Source: a virus
Lineage: Duplodnaviria > Caudoviricetes
Direction: 5' to 3' (one strand)
Length of the DNA: 64,000 bases
IMG/VR virus record: IMGVR_UViG_3300047160_002455
Location: 1 to 64,000 of that record
Part shown: positions 26,644-36,656 of the stretch, piece after piece
How positions within the stretch are numbered: position 1 is the first letter of the stretch
Layout: each line of letters begins with the position of its first letter
Program-made: the position numbers and the translations under genes
Notes under the pieces: model-generated
Database searches by the model: none
What the model was told of the DNA's origin: nothing
What the model saw: only the letters and a program-made list of their open reading frames with translations

Positions 26644-27371
26644 TGCCCACCCAAGCTTTTTCATCGTCTGGAACGTGGACCTGTCCGACCGGAGTAACCT
26701 CTGTCCAGGCCGAATGTTGGGGCGGAGGGGGCAATGGCCATGCCGGGACTACCACCGTTAGAGGCGGAGGAGGGGGAGGAGGAGGGGCCTACGCCAAGAA
26801 GAATAGCATATCCGTAACCGCTGGAACCAATTACACGGTAACAGTCGGAGGCGCAGCCGGAGATACTTGGTTCGACACGAATACAACCGTATTGGCCAAG
26901 GGCGGGGGAAGCTCATCCGGAACTAACGGCGCGGCCGGAGGAAGCTCTGCATCTTGTATCGGTGATGTAGTCCAAACAGGAGGCGCTGGCGGGACGGGCT
27001 TAGGCACTAGTACGCCCTCCAGCGGTGGAGGTGGAGGTGGCGCGGCCGGCCCAACCGGGACAGGGAACGCTGGCGGCAGCGGCGCAAATAGCGGTACTGG
27101 TGGGTCAGGAGGTACCGGACCCTTTGGGAACAATCCGGATGGCTCAGGAGGAGATGGAGGCAGCGGTTCAGGCTCTGTTGGTAATGATGGATTCGGCTAC
27201 GGCGGAGGTGGCGGAGGTGGCGGTGATACGAGCGTAGGGGGAAGCGCCGGAGGCTCTGGACACGCTGGCGGCGTATTTCTCACCTGGACTAGCCCCGGCT
27301 CTTTCTTTCGGCCTACCACGATGGACGGTCTAGGCTCTGGCGGACCATTCTTTAATAACCCGTTGTCCTAA
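26643..27371 (+). CDS. Glycine-rich virion protein
   Basis: FSSSGTWTCPTGVT...ECWGGGG...GGGGGAYA...YTVTVGG glycine-rich phage domain. Confidence 0.75.
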   Translation: MPTQAFSSSGTWTCPTGVTSVQAECWGGGGNGHAGTTTVRGGGGGGGGAYAKKNSISVTAGTNYTVTVGGAAGDTWFDTNTTVLAKGGGSSSGTNGAAGGSSASCIGDVVQTGGAGGTGLGTSTPSSGGGGGGAAGPTGTGNAGGSGANSGTGGSGGTGPFGNNPDGSGGDGGSGSGSVGNDGFGYGGGGGGGGDTSVGGSAGGSGHAGGVFLTWTSPGSFFRPTTMDGLGSGGPFFNNPLS

Positions 27372-27397
27372 ATAACGAAATACGAGAAGATTAGGCC

Positions 27398-29080
27398 ATG
27401 AAACTTGCAATCCTCAAAGGCACGACCAGCTTTGTATCCCATATCTTCGTGCAGGATTCCGCGAGCACGACCGGCGCAGGTAAGACCGGACTTACCAACT
27501 CCAGCGTGACTTGCTATTACATGCGTAACGACAAGACTAGTAGCACATCCAGCACAGTAAGCGCCATTACCACGCTAGGAACCTACGCCGGGGACGCCAC
27601 GCATAGCGCATTCAAGGAAGTAGACTCCACCAATATGCCTGGCGTATACGAATTCCAGCCCGCAAACAACATGCTTGCTTCCGGCGCGCCCGCCGTTGTA
27701 ATCATCTTGACCGGAACAGGCATAGCGCCCGTATTGATAGAGTTTGAGCTTACCGGCGTAGACCTCACCGCCGCCCAGCTGCCCGCCAACGTGACGCAGT
27801 GGTCCGGTGGCGCAGTGCCCGCCCCTCTGGTAACCGGTGTGCCCAAGACGGACACAACCTACTGGGGAGGTGCATCGCCCAACGCCCTGAACGCGGGGCG
27901 CGTGGATGCCGCTTGCTCTGTCCGCAGTGGTACGTGTCAGACGGGCAGCACTTCCACCACGATAGTTTTGGATGCTGGCGCGTCGGCAACCAACAACCTT
28001 TATTTCGACCAAATCGTATTCCTGACTGGTGGAACCGGCGCGGGGCAAACCGCTTCTATTCAGACCTACACCGGCAGCAGCAAGACCGCCACCGTGTTCC
28101 CCGCTTGGAGAACCACCCCGGACACAACGACCACTTACACACTGTTGCCGATGTCGGAGACGGATGTCGGGAATTGGTTGAATGGCACACTGCTAACCCC
28201 GGATACTGTCGGCGCGCCGAAGCTGTCCGGTTACGACTCGGATGTACTCGCGTCGGGCACAGCGCAGGCAGGTTCTTCGCAGTATATCCAGCTGGCAGCG
28301 GGATCATCTGCGACTACCAACCTTTACCAACAGAACCGAGTCAAGATCATCGGCGGCACCGGTGTAGGTCAGTCCCGCGCCATCATTTGGTATGACGGTG
28401 TTGGAAAAGTTGCTTATATCAACGGCAACTGGACAACCGCGCCGGATGCAACCTCTGTCTACGTCATCATGAGCGATGTCGAGGGACAGACGAACATGAT
28501 GGGCGGTTTCGCTCAGTCCAGCACCTCGACTACGATCACACTGGCAGCGGCAGCGTCGGCAACAGACCACTTCTTTGAAGGTACCAAGATAAGCATTATC
28601 CACGGTACCGGACTCGGACAGACGCGCGTGGTTACTAACTACGTTGGCGCAACCAAGGTAGCGACCGTTGACCGCGCTTGGACCACTAACCCCGATACCA
28701 CGAGTGGTTACTATTTCGCGCAAGAAGATGCCAACGTCAACTACCTCGGTGGGCAGGCAGTGACTGCTGCCGGGGCGATCACAATTGGATCGTATGTTGG
28801 CAACACCAACAATCTGTTCAAAAACGCTGCCTTTAACAATTTCGAGTTCTACATGACCAGCAATGCCGACCATGCCAGCGGCGCAGTCGGGGCAGTGGTG
28901 ACGGCAACGCGCTCCTTGGACGGCGGCACCTTTGGTGCCTGCGCCAATGCCCCATTTGAAGTTGGGCAGGGAATCTACGCTATCAACTTGGCAGCTACTG
29001 ACTTGAACGCAAACTGTGTGACGCTGAACTTCACCGCTAGTGGTTGCGATGCCCGCTTGATAACACTTATCACGACATGA
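27398..29080 (+). CDS. Thr/Gly-rich virion (fiber-like) protein with three internal repeats
   Basis: Three copies of T.TI.L.A.ASAT..Y....I..GTG.GQ.R.I..Y.G..K.A.V...W.T.PD.T..Y. Confidence 0.7.
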   Translation: MKLAILKGTTSFVSHIFVQDSASTTGAGKTGLTNSSVTCYYMRNDKTSSTSSTVSAITTLGTYAGDATHSAFKEVDSTNMPGVYEFQPANNMLASGAPAVVIILTGTGIAPVLIEFELTGVDLTAAQLPANVTQWSGGAVPAPLVTGVPKTDTTYWGGASPNALNAGRVDAACSVRSGTCQTGSTSTTIVLDAGASATNNLYFDQIVFLTGGTGAGQTASIQTYTGSSKTATVFPAWRTTPDTTTTYTLLPMSETDVGNWLNGTLLTPDTVGAPKLSGYDSDVLASGTAQAGSSQYIQLAAGSSATTNLYQQNRVKIIGGTGVGQSRAIIWYDGVGKVAYINGNWTTAPDATSVYVIMSDVEGQTNMMGGFAQSSTSTTITLAAAASATDHFFEGTKISIIHGTGLGQTRVVTNYVGATKVATVDRAWTTNPDTTSGYYFAQEDANVNYLGGQAVTAAGAITIGSYVGNTNNLFKNAAFNNFEFYMTSNADHASGAVGAVVTATRSLDGGTFGACANAPFEVGQGIYAINLAATDLNANCVTLNFTASGCDARLITLITT

Positions 29081-29727
29081 TTCTCAATTGGCGAACGGTG
29101 AGTCCGAACTACATCCGCTATATGCAGGCGGGGGACTTTGTCTTCGTCAACACCCACGGTGCCTTCAATCCGTGGTTGGAGGAGCAGGGCGGTTACGTTC
29201 AGAACTTCGTGCAAATGGAGATACCGTGGACGTTCACCACGGTTCCGATCCCGGATGATCCCGTACAAGTTTTCCTACCGTTTCTGGAGGATGAAGGCGG
29301 CAATATCGACACCTACCGGCAGCAGCAGAAGGTGCCGTGGTACGCGCTCGCTTACACGGATGATGAAATATGGGTCAACTACTTTCCGACTCTTGACGAG
29401 GATTTGCCTTATGTAACGCGGGTCCAAGCGGTGCCGCCGCCCAGCTATCCACGGCAGCACATTGGTATCGAGGAGGACGGCACACAGCTAACGAATTTCT
29501 TCTTGGATGAGTTCTATCTGCCGCCCAGCTATGCCCAACAGAGGCAGGCACCGATGGTGTTCTATGCCGCGCTGCCGGTGGGCTTCACGCTTGACGATCA
29601 GATAGCGTCGATAACCTACGGTCCTCCGGGTCTATTCGGTGGTTGGGTGTACGGTCCCGGCATGTATGACGGCAACGCTTTCGCGCCGGGGTTGCAAGGA
29701 GTTGGTTATATCAGCACGAGGGGCTAA
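29077..29727 (+). CDS. Hypothetical virion protein
   Basis: ATGA overlap; internal acidic repeats. Confidence 0.5.
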   Translation: MILNWRTVSPNYIRYMQAGDFVFVNTHGAFNPWLEEQGGYVQNFVQMEIPWTFTTVPIPDDPVQVFLPFLEDEGGNIDTYRQQQKVPWYALAYTDDEIWVNYFPTLDEDLPYVTRVQAVPPPSYPRQHIGIEEDGTQLTNFFLDEFYLPPSYAQQRQAPMVFYAALPVGFTLDDQIASITYGPPGLFGGWVYGPGMYDGNAFAPGLQGVGYISTRG

Positions 29728-30149
29728 TGGCAGGCAGAACAGTCAGCGGAGCGTGTGACCAGGGGGGCGCTTGCACCGTCTATGGGCGGCTGGCAGCACT
29801 GGACGCTCACGGTAAGAACGTGAACCCCGGTGAGGGCAATTGCCTGTTGCAAGGGGATGTTGCCAGCCTCAGTTGGACGATCTCCAACACAACGGATATC
29901 CCCAAGACGATTGAGGCAACCGGCACGTTGAATCCGACTACAGTTATCTTTAACACTTTGCAGACTAGCGCGAATGACCCCGGTTACAAGGGGGATCTGA
30001 AAGGTTTCAACTTCAAATTCACGTTGCCAACGGGGGTGCTGATTAAGGGAGCGCGGACCTATTTGTTCCAACTGAAGATTGTCACGATGGGTAACTCCAC
30101 CGGATACGCGCGGTGGATGATTACCACCATTCCGTCAACGGTACCATGA
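29727..30149 (+). CDS. Hypothetical beta-rich virion protein
   Basis: Coupled TAATG start. Confidence 0.55.
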   Translation: MAGRTVSGACDQGGACTVYGRLAALDAHGKNVNPGEGNCLLQGDVASLSWTISNTTDIPKTIEATGTLNPTTVIFNTLQTSANDPGYKGDLKGFNFKFTLPTGVLIKGARTYLFQLKIVTMGNSTGYARWMITTIPSTVP

Positions 30150-30451
30150 GCGCAAACGTCGAAGCGATTGTTTCTATCGCTGGGTTTGTGATGGGTGCTA
30201 TGTGTGGCAGTCTCATTACCTGGATCTTCATGACCCTGCGCGTCAACACGCTGGAGGACACCATCCTGGGATTGCAACAGGAGTTATGGAAAGCGCGGCA
30301 GGGGGATATCGGCAGGGATATGTACCGTAATCAGACGGCACACGATCCGCCCCTTGATCCCGGTAGCGACATGAAAGAAGCGCGGCGTCGCTGGCAGGAG
30401 GAACAGGACAGGCAGCGCTGGGAAGATAACGGTGGCGGGCAAACTCAATGA
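30146..30451 (+). CDS. N-terminal TM + coiled-coil protein
   Basis: AIVSIAGFVMGAMCGSLITWIF then TLEDTILGLQQEL. Confidence 0.5.
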   Translation: MSANVEAIVSIAGFVMGAMCGSLITWIFMTLRVNTLEDTILGLQQELWKARQGDIGRDMYRNQTAHDPPLDPGSDMKEARRRWQEEQDRQRWEDNGGGQTQ

Positions 30452-30891
30452 GTAACCTACAACACTCACCGGCGCGCATCGTCGCCCAGCTGCTCACTAA
30501 TATGGGTGTGGGGGTTGCGCCACCGGCGCGCCCCTGGACGATCCAAGTAGACCAGGAACCGCCCGGACCGGACAACTGTATCACACTGTACAACACGCAA
30601 GGACAAGAAGATGGACGATCTATGTTGGACGGTGAAATCTTCCACCACTACGGATTCCAGGTGCGCTTGCGGACGGCAGACCCCAAGTCCGGTTGGGTGA
30701 AAGCGGAAGCGGTGCGGCAAACTTTCGCAAAGAACATTTACGGAAACACTGTTAAAATAGATGCAAGCATCTACACAGTTAGATGCGTAGTTAAGATCGG
30801 GCAGGTGCTATCTCTGGGCACCGAGACACCGAACAGCAAGCGACACATTTACACCATCAACGCGCTCGTCTTGTTGGATTCGGTAACGTGA
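30448..30891 (+). CDS. Tail terminator/minor capsid-like protein
   Basis: QEPPGPDNCITLYNT...FQVRLR...YTIN; immediately upstream of tail tube. Confidence 0.7.
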   Translation: MSNLQHSPARIVAQLLTNMGVGVAPPARPWTIQVDQEPPGPDNCITLYNTQGQEDGRSMLDGEIFHHYGFQVRLRTADPKSGWVKAEAVRQTFAKNIYGNTVKIDASIYTVRCVVKIGQVLSLGTETPNSKRHIYTINALVLLDSVT

Positions 30892-30936
30892 CAGGTTCCC
30901 CTCAGGTTCTCGCAGTCAGAGAGAAGAGGTTCAACG

Positions 30937-31413
30937 ATGGCTAACCCTCCTGCCTCAAAGCGGTCGGTGCCTACGGGGTTCAAGTTAGGAGATGGTTACC
31001 AAACCGAAATCTCCTTCAGTCGCAACAACGCTGTGAAGTTCTGGGAAAAAACCATTAAAGCCCCCGGACTGGACGGTGGTGACGGGATTGACACGACCAC
31101 GCAGCTGAACACCAAATGGCGCACCAAGGATACGCGCCACTTGCAAACGCTGACTGAGTGTACCTTCACCGCTGGTTACGACCCGGACTTTTACACCGAC
31201 ATCCTTGCGCTCATCAACTCACCGGGCGGCGTCACAATCCAGTTCCCGGATGACTCCACACTCACCTTCTGGGGTTACCTCCAGAAAATCGAGTTCGCGG
31301 AGTTGAAGGAAGGTGAGTTCCCGGAATGCACCGGGACGATCACCCCGACCAACTGGGATCCAGCCAACTACGTCGAATCTGCGCCGGTGTTTGTGGGAGC
31401 AACGCTCACCTAA
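30937..31413 (+). CDS. Major tail tube protein
   Basis: PGLDGGDGIDTTT...TFTAGYDP...TIQFPD.STLTFWGYL. Confidence 0.8.
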   Translation: MANPPASKRSVPTGFKLGDGYQTEISFSRNNAVKFWEKTIKAPGLDGGDGIDTTTQLNTKWRTKDTRHLQTLTECTFTAGYDPDFYTDILALINSPGGVTIQFPDDSTLTFWGYLQKIEFAELKEGEFPECTGTITPTNWDPANYVESAPVFVGATLT

Positions 31414-31495
31414 AACCATCGAGGCGTCCACCGGGGAATGATCTGGGGTGTTCCCAGACCCCGGTGGCATTGAACCTTTTCTCTCTGAGGAAGCA

Positions 31496-31966
31496 ATGGC
31501 TGATCTTGCGCTGGGGCTTGATCTGGATGATCTTACGCCCGTCGAAATTCCATTCTCGTATCAAAACAAACCCTACTTGCTCTGTGAGGCAACGGAGGCA
31601 GTTGCCGTTGCTTACAAGAACAAGCTGACCCGCGCCGTCAAACTGGGTCCGGATGGTAAACCCACATCGGTTGAGGACATTGCCAGTGTGGAACCGTTCC
31701 TGGTGGGCGGTTGCGTCTACACCGTCAAATCGGATGGTACTAAGGACAAGCAGGTTGGTGAGTCGGCAGTCCAGCAATGGTCCTACCGTCTCACGTCGCG
31801 CTTGTACGCGAAGGCGCAGGAAATCTCCAATCTCGAAGTCGGCGCGGATAGCAAGGATGCGCTGGTCAGACAGAGGGTAGAACTGGATCGCAGGATAGCC
31901 GCGCTGGAGTCCAACGGAGACGCGCTAAAAAACGTGTCCTCCGCTACGACGGACACCTCCGCGTAG
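31496..31966 (+). CDS. Tail assembly chaperone (gpG-like)
   Basis: Between tube and tape measure; slippery site near 3' end. Confidence 0.75.
   Translation: MADLALGLDLDDLTPVEIPFSYQNKPYLLCEATEAVAVAYKNKLTRAVKLGPDGKPTSVEDIASVEPFLVGGCVYTVKSDGTKDKQVGESAVQQWSYRLTSRLYAKAQEISNLEVGADSKDALVRQRVELDRRIAALESNGDALKNVSSATTDTSA
31927..31933 (+). other. -1 programmed frameshift heptamer A AAA AAC giving a gpGT-like fusion to 32484
   Basis: In-frame CTA AAA AAC; -1 frame reads KRVLRYDGHLRVAHSLGMSLSEY into ORF 31975..32484. Confidence 0.85.
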
Positions 31967-31974
31967 CGCACAGC

Positions 31975-32484
31975 TTGGGTATGTCCCTGAGCGAGTACCT
32001 CGGTTGGGGTCCGGTAACGCACCGCCAGCACGAAGTCTCGCTGCAGTGGTTACAGGATGAATGGAACCGTCCGACCAAGAGCGACTACTACATGATGCAG
32101 ATAGCTTGCGAAGCGCGGCGGGCAATCTGTAAGAACCCGCGCGATCCGAAGATTAGCGACTTCCGGATTCCGTTTGAACTGCAGGGACAGAGACCGAAGA
32201 AAAGGACGAACTTCAAAGCGCAGGGTCTCAAGGGTCCGTATGTGCCGATCACTGGGGATGAACCTAAGGATGGCGGTGAAGTAGGACGTTGGGCGCAACA
32301 GGTTTGGAAAGGGCGCGTTATGCACGGAAGCATTCCGGTGGAAGAAACAGAGGACGGGCAGTTCGAGGTTACCAAGGGTGCCAAGCGCGGCAAGGTGGAA
32401 CCAACACCGCCGCGCCGAACTGCCATGAGTGAACTGAAAGAGTGGGAAGAAAAGCAGCAACGGCAACGTGACGGTGAAGAGTAA
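31975..32484 (+). CDS. gpT-like C-terminal chaperone segment (expressed via frameshift)
   Basis: -1 frame relative to gpG, open from the slippery site. Confidence 0.7.
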   Translation: MGMSLSEYLGWGPVTHRQHEVSLQWLQDEWNRPTKSDYYMMQIACEARRAICKNPRDPKISDFRIPFELQGQRPKKRTNFKAQGLKGPYVPITGDEPKDGGEVGRWAQQVWKGRVMHGSIPVEETEDGQFEVTKGAKRGKVEPTPPRRTAMSELKEWEEKQQRQRDGEE

Positions 32485-35400
32485 TGCCTGCAGGCGCAAC
32501 TGAAGTTGGGAATCTGGTAGTCAGCCTGACCGGTGAAGGGAGCGCTTTCTACAAGATGCTCCAAGATGCGTCGCACGCTATCGACACAACAGCGGAGCAT
32601 GTGCGTCATGTCGGAGATCAAATCGAGGGTTTCGGCAAACGTCTTAGGGAATTTGGCAAAGGCATCGTCGAAACGGTGGAAGGTTTCGCGACGGCAAAGG
32701 AGTTCCTTGCCAAAGCGTTCGAGGCATTCTCGGAGCGCGAGAGCACGATGCTCCGCCTGAGCGCTACACTTGAAATAAATCAGCGCGCTGTCGCGGAGAC
32801 TTCGGAGGAATACGAGAAGTTTGCCAATACCATGATGGAGGTCAATGCCATCGGGGAGGAAACAACGATAGCGCTGCTGACCCAAGCCGAAAATTTCAAA
32901 ATGACCGGCGCGGCAGCGGAGTCTGCCACCCAAGCAGCTATCGGTTTAGCGGGTCTCAAGGGTGGCAGTCCGGAACGGTTCATGCGCTTGATCGGGATGC
33001 TCCAACAAGGAGGTGTGATGGGGATGAGAGCAACCCACATGATGCGATTTCTGCTCCCTGAACTAATGGGTGTGACTAACCAGAGCCAGTTGATGGCGCG
33101 GTTTCAGACGCTCGTTAATGCTGGTCTCGATTATCAAGCGAAGTACGCTAACACGGCACGCGGCGCGCTCCAGAAGCTGCATCTTACCTATACGCAGTTC
33201 CTGGGTGATCTTGGCAAAAATGTTGCGGAGGTATTGCAACCGTTTGCGATAACTATGCGGGAACTGGTGAACTGGTTTCGGAGCCTGCCGCCAGAGATAA
33301 AGCGCGTCATAGTTGTGATAACTGGCGTGTTCGCGTCGCTGAATATGCTTATGGGGGTCTTCCACATTTTCAAGTCTCTCGGAATCAACATCTTCAACCC
33401 AATTGTCATTGCTGTGACTATCCTCGCGGGCGTCATTGCATCCCTTGTGGAGAAGATGGGCGGTATCACCGTCGTATGGAAGTACATCGAAGGTAAGGTG
33501 ATTACAGCTATCGCTTACATCATCGTCTACACGGAGAAGTGGCGTCTCAAGCTGATTGTTTTCTGGAACTGGTTGAAGAACATAGCGGTGCTGACTTGGA
33601 ACTTTATCAAGACTTCATCGCTCGTCCTTTGGGAGTACCTCAAGAAAGCGGCAACCACAGTCGGGTTCGTCTTCTACAGCGCGTGGCAGTTGATTGAAGA
33701 GAACTGGGGATCGGTCGTAAACGCGATACTCGGTGGTGTTTCCTATATCAGCAACTCATGGACGCTATTTAAGACTGCTGTAGCAGAAGCAAAGGACGCG
33801 CTCTGGGGTCTAGCGAAGGCTGCGCTTAGTTGGGCGGGTGACTTTATTTCCAACAACATGAAGACAATAGCCACGATCATGTTAGTTGCGGGCGCGGTTG
33901 CTGCAGCTTATGGAGCCTATGTGGGATTGTCGTTCGTTATCCAAGGACTCATATCGGTATACAAGGCGCTTCAGATATCGGAGATCGCAAGCGCTGGCGC
34001 AACCGTTGCTTGGACCGTGGTAACTTGGATGGCGCAGGGGGCGGCGCTCGCCCTTCAAGGCGCAATTTGGTTGGTGAACGCCGCCTGGGCGTTCCTGTCT
34101 CCAATTCTCGCAGTAATCACCAATGAAAACGTCATTTGGCTCGCTCAGCAGGTAGCGTTCGGTATTGCGATGGGCATAGTCCATGCCCTTTTATGGGCAT
34201 GTGGGGCGGCTACGCTCGCCTGGAAGATCGCGCTTCTTGCCTGGGAGGGTGTCTTACTTGTAGGTACTGGTATTCAAGCTGCCTACAACGGTGTAATTGC
34301 TGCATACACCTTCCTGACAGGAGGGGCAGTTCTCGCTACTACTGCTAAGGCTGCAGCAACCGCTGCTGACGCAGTTGCTACCGGAATTGCAGCGGCAGCC
34401 ACGGCAGTGTGGACCGGTATCACTGGTGCTTTCGATCACGCAATGACGGGGGCGTCAGCTGCGATTGCATGGGCGACAGCCAACATTACCTTGCACAACA
34501 TTGCCCTAGTCATTTGCAAAATTGCGACATGGGCTTTAACTGTCGCAGTTATCGCGCTTAAGGTTGCCTTAGTCGCTACCTTTGCCGTGGCACTGATAGC
34601 ACCTTTCGTCGCTGCGATTGTCTTGGGATTCCTAACCATCAAGGCGGCAATCAGCGCAGTTACCGCTTTCATTAGCGCGTTCGTCAGTACACTCATGCAC
34701 TCCGTTGTCAGTATCGGCAGTTCCTTCGTGGGTCTGGGCACCATGCTAGGGACAGTAGTAACCGGACTCGCGCCGATGTTCGGGTCGCTCTTAGGTCAAT
34801 TGGGCAAGGTGATTCAGGCAGCGCAGATCGACATGCCGACCGCATTCAAACTTCTCAAGGCTGTCGGCAAGCTGGCAGTGGAGGAACTGAAAGCAGTGTG
34901 GTCCCCTTTATGGACGTTCCTCCAAGAAGGATTTGCCGCCTTTTGGAAAGACCTGACATTCCGAAGTAAGCGCGCGATGGCGGAGATCAAGGTCTCAATG
35001 CTGTCGGCGTTCGCGGACCTCCCCTGGTTTGTCCCCGGAGCTAAATCAGCGAAGATTGCCTATGCCAATGCTGTTCGGGATCTGATGAAGCTGCCCGCTA
35101 ACCCGTTCGACACGCTTGACGAGAACATGAAGAAAGCTGTCGCTAAGTTCATCATGGGGATCAACACCGAACTTGGCGGTAAAGCTGTTAAGGAAGCCCA
35201 AGACGCTGTTGACAAAATTGACAAAGAGCTAAACAAACTGGCGGCGCAGCAGTGGTCGCAAGCAATGTACGGTGGTAAGAAACCTGCCGGTGACTTGCAG
35301 ACGCGCGCTAAGGAATTGGAAGCGCAGCTGAAGGAACAATGGGAAAAGTTGAAAAAGAAAATGGGCATCGGTGACTGGAACAAGAACCAGGCAGCGATGT

Positions 35401-36656
35401 ACGACCAAGCTAACCAAAAGATGAATGCCCAGCTAGCAAAGAGTTCCGACATCGCGGGCATGATCGTAGAGATGAACCGGGACACGGCGCAACGCTTGAA
35501 AGCGATTAACGAGGACTCTGCGGAGAGTACGAAAGAGAGTGCTAAGGAGGGTGCCAAGGAGGGTGAGAAAGGAGGTTTCGTTGGACCATTCGGGGGTGTG
35601 TTTGCTAAAGGAGCGGCAGCGAAGGCAGCCGCAGATCAAAAGGCAGCGCTGGACATGGTGTCGCAGATGACGGGGTTGGACCTCGGCGGGAGAAAGCGCC
35701 CCCGATGGGGTGCCGTCGCAGAACGCGCTGAGGGGGGCGGTCTCGCATTTCCAGGCGAGGAACCGACAGAGGGGGAGACTCCGTTTCAGAAGTGGAAGCG
35801 TGAACAGAAAGAAAAGAGAAAGGACGAAAGCGACTTTGCCAAGTTCCGTAGGGAGAAGGCGGAGGAGGCAATCATCAGTCCTGAGGGCGTCGGTCCCAGC
35901 GACTTTGCCCAGTGGCGCGACCAGGAAAGAGCGAAGCAGAAGGTGCAAAGCGACTACTCCAAATGGCAGGACATGCAACTGGAGAAGCGCGCCAGGGCGG
36001 CGGCAGCAGGTTTAGAGGCAGGGATGCCAGAGGAACCGGCAGCGCAGCAGAAGCAACAGAGCGACTTTTCAAAGTGGTTGGATCAAAGGGCTGAAGAGCG
36101 CGCTAGGAAGGCAGCGGCGCAGGCAGCGCTGCAGGCGGGAGCACAAAAGGATGCGGTGGCAGCTGGTACGGAGGCAGAAAGACAGACTCAAACCCTGATC
36201 GACCTCAACCGCAACCAACTCTATCCGGAACAGCAGAAAGCGGGTGCGGACGCGGCAAAACAGACCAAAGACCTAATTGACCTCAACAGCAAACAACTCT
36301 ATCCGGAAATACAGCAGAAAGCAGCGGACGCAGCAGAAACAGCAGCAAAGGGTTTTGCTAGCTTTTCTGGTGACTTCTTTGTTCCGATGCAGAAAGCGGC
36401 AGAGACAGCTAGCAGCGCAGTCGAGGACTTGGGAGGCAGCGACTTCTTTGTCCCCAAGGGCGGCGCGATGGAAAAAGCACCGGAGATGCTGCCCGGTGAC
36501 TTCTTTATCCCAAAGGGCAAAGACATATCGGACATGCAAGGAGGTCAGGACACGTTGGTTGCGCTGTTCAGCAAGGTTGCCGATGGCATCGACAAGTTAG
36601 TGGACCAGGGGGAGGAGGACAGCGGCACGAGTATCGAAAGCGCGGGGTTGTTCTAA
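32484..36656 (+). CDS. Tape measure protein (1390 aa)
   Basis: EVGNLVVSLTG start, long helical Ala/hydrophobic body, follows the chaperone. Confidence 0.9.
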   Translation: MPAGATEVGNLVVSLTGEGSAFYKMLQDASHAIDTTAEHVRHVGDQIEGFGKRLREFGKGIVETVEGFATAKEFLAKAFEAFSERESTMLRLSATLEINQRAVAETSEEYEKFANTMMEVNAIGEETTIALLTQAENFKMTGAAAESATQAAIGLAGLKGGSPERFMRLIGMLQQGGVMGMRATHMMRFLLPELMGVTNQSQLMARFQTLVNAGLDYQAKYANTARGALQKLHLTYTQFLGDLGKNVAEVLQPFAITMRELVNWFRSLPPEIKRVIVVITGVFASLNMLMGVFHIFKSLGINIFNPIVIAVTILAGVIASLVEKMGGITVVWKYIEGKVITAIAYIIVYTEKWRLKLIVFWNWLKNIAVLTWNFIKTSSLVLWEYLKKAATTVGFVFYSAWQLIEENWGSVVNAILGGVSYISNSWTLFKTAVAEAKDALWGLAKAALSWAGDFISNNMKTIATIMLVAGAVAAAYGAYVGLSFVIQGLISVYKALQISEIASAGATVAWTVVTWMAQGAALALQGAIWLVNAAWAFLSPILAVITNENVIWLAQQVAFGIAMGIVHALLWACGAATLAWKIALLAWEGVLLVGTGIQAAYNGVIAAYTFLTGGAVLATTAKAAATAADAVATGIAAAATAVWTGITGAFDHAMTGASAAIAWATANITLHNIALVICKIATWALTVAVIALKVALVATFAVALIAPFVAAIVLGFLTIKAAISAVTAFISAFVSTLMHSVVSIGSSFVGLGTMLGTVVTGLAPMFGSLLGQLGKVIQAAQIDMPTAFKLLKAVGKLAVEELKAVWSPLWTFLQEGFAAFWKDLTFRSKRAMAEIKVSMLSAFADLPWFVPGAKSAKIAYANAVRDLMKLPANPFDTLDENMKKAVAKFIMGINTELGGKAVKEAQDAVDKIDKELNKLAAQQWSQAMYGGKKPAGDLQTRAKELEAQLKEQWEKLKKKMGIGDWNKNQAAMYDQANQKMNAQLAKSSDIAGMIVEMNRDTAQRLKAINEDSAESTKESAKEGAKEGEKGGFVGPFGGVFAKGAAAKAAADQKAALDMVSQMTGLDLGGRKRPRWGAVAERAEGGGLAFPGEEPTEGETPFQKWKREQKEKRKDESDFAKFRREKAEEAIISPEGVGPSDFAQWRDQERAKQKVQSDYSKWQDMQLEKRARAAAAGLEAGMPEEPAAQQKQQSDFSKWLDQRAEERARKAAAQAALQAGAQKDAVAAGTEAERQTQTLIDLNRNQLYPEQQKAGADAAKQTKDLIDLNSKQLYPEIQQKAADAAETAAKGFASFSGDFFVPMQKAAETASSAVEDLGGSDFFVPKGGAMEKAPEMLPGDFFIPKGKDISDMQGGQDTLVALFSKVADGIDKLVDQGEEDSGTSIESAGLF

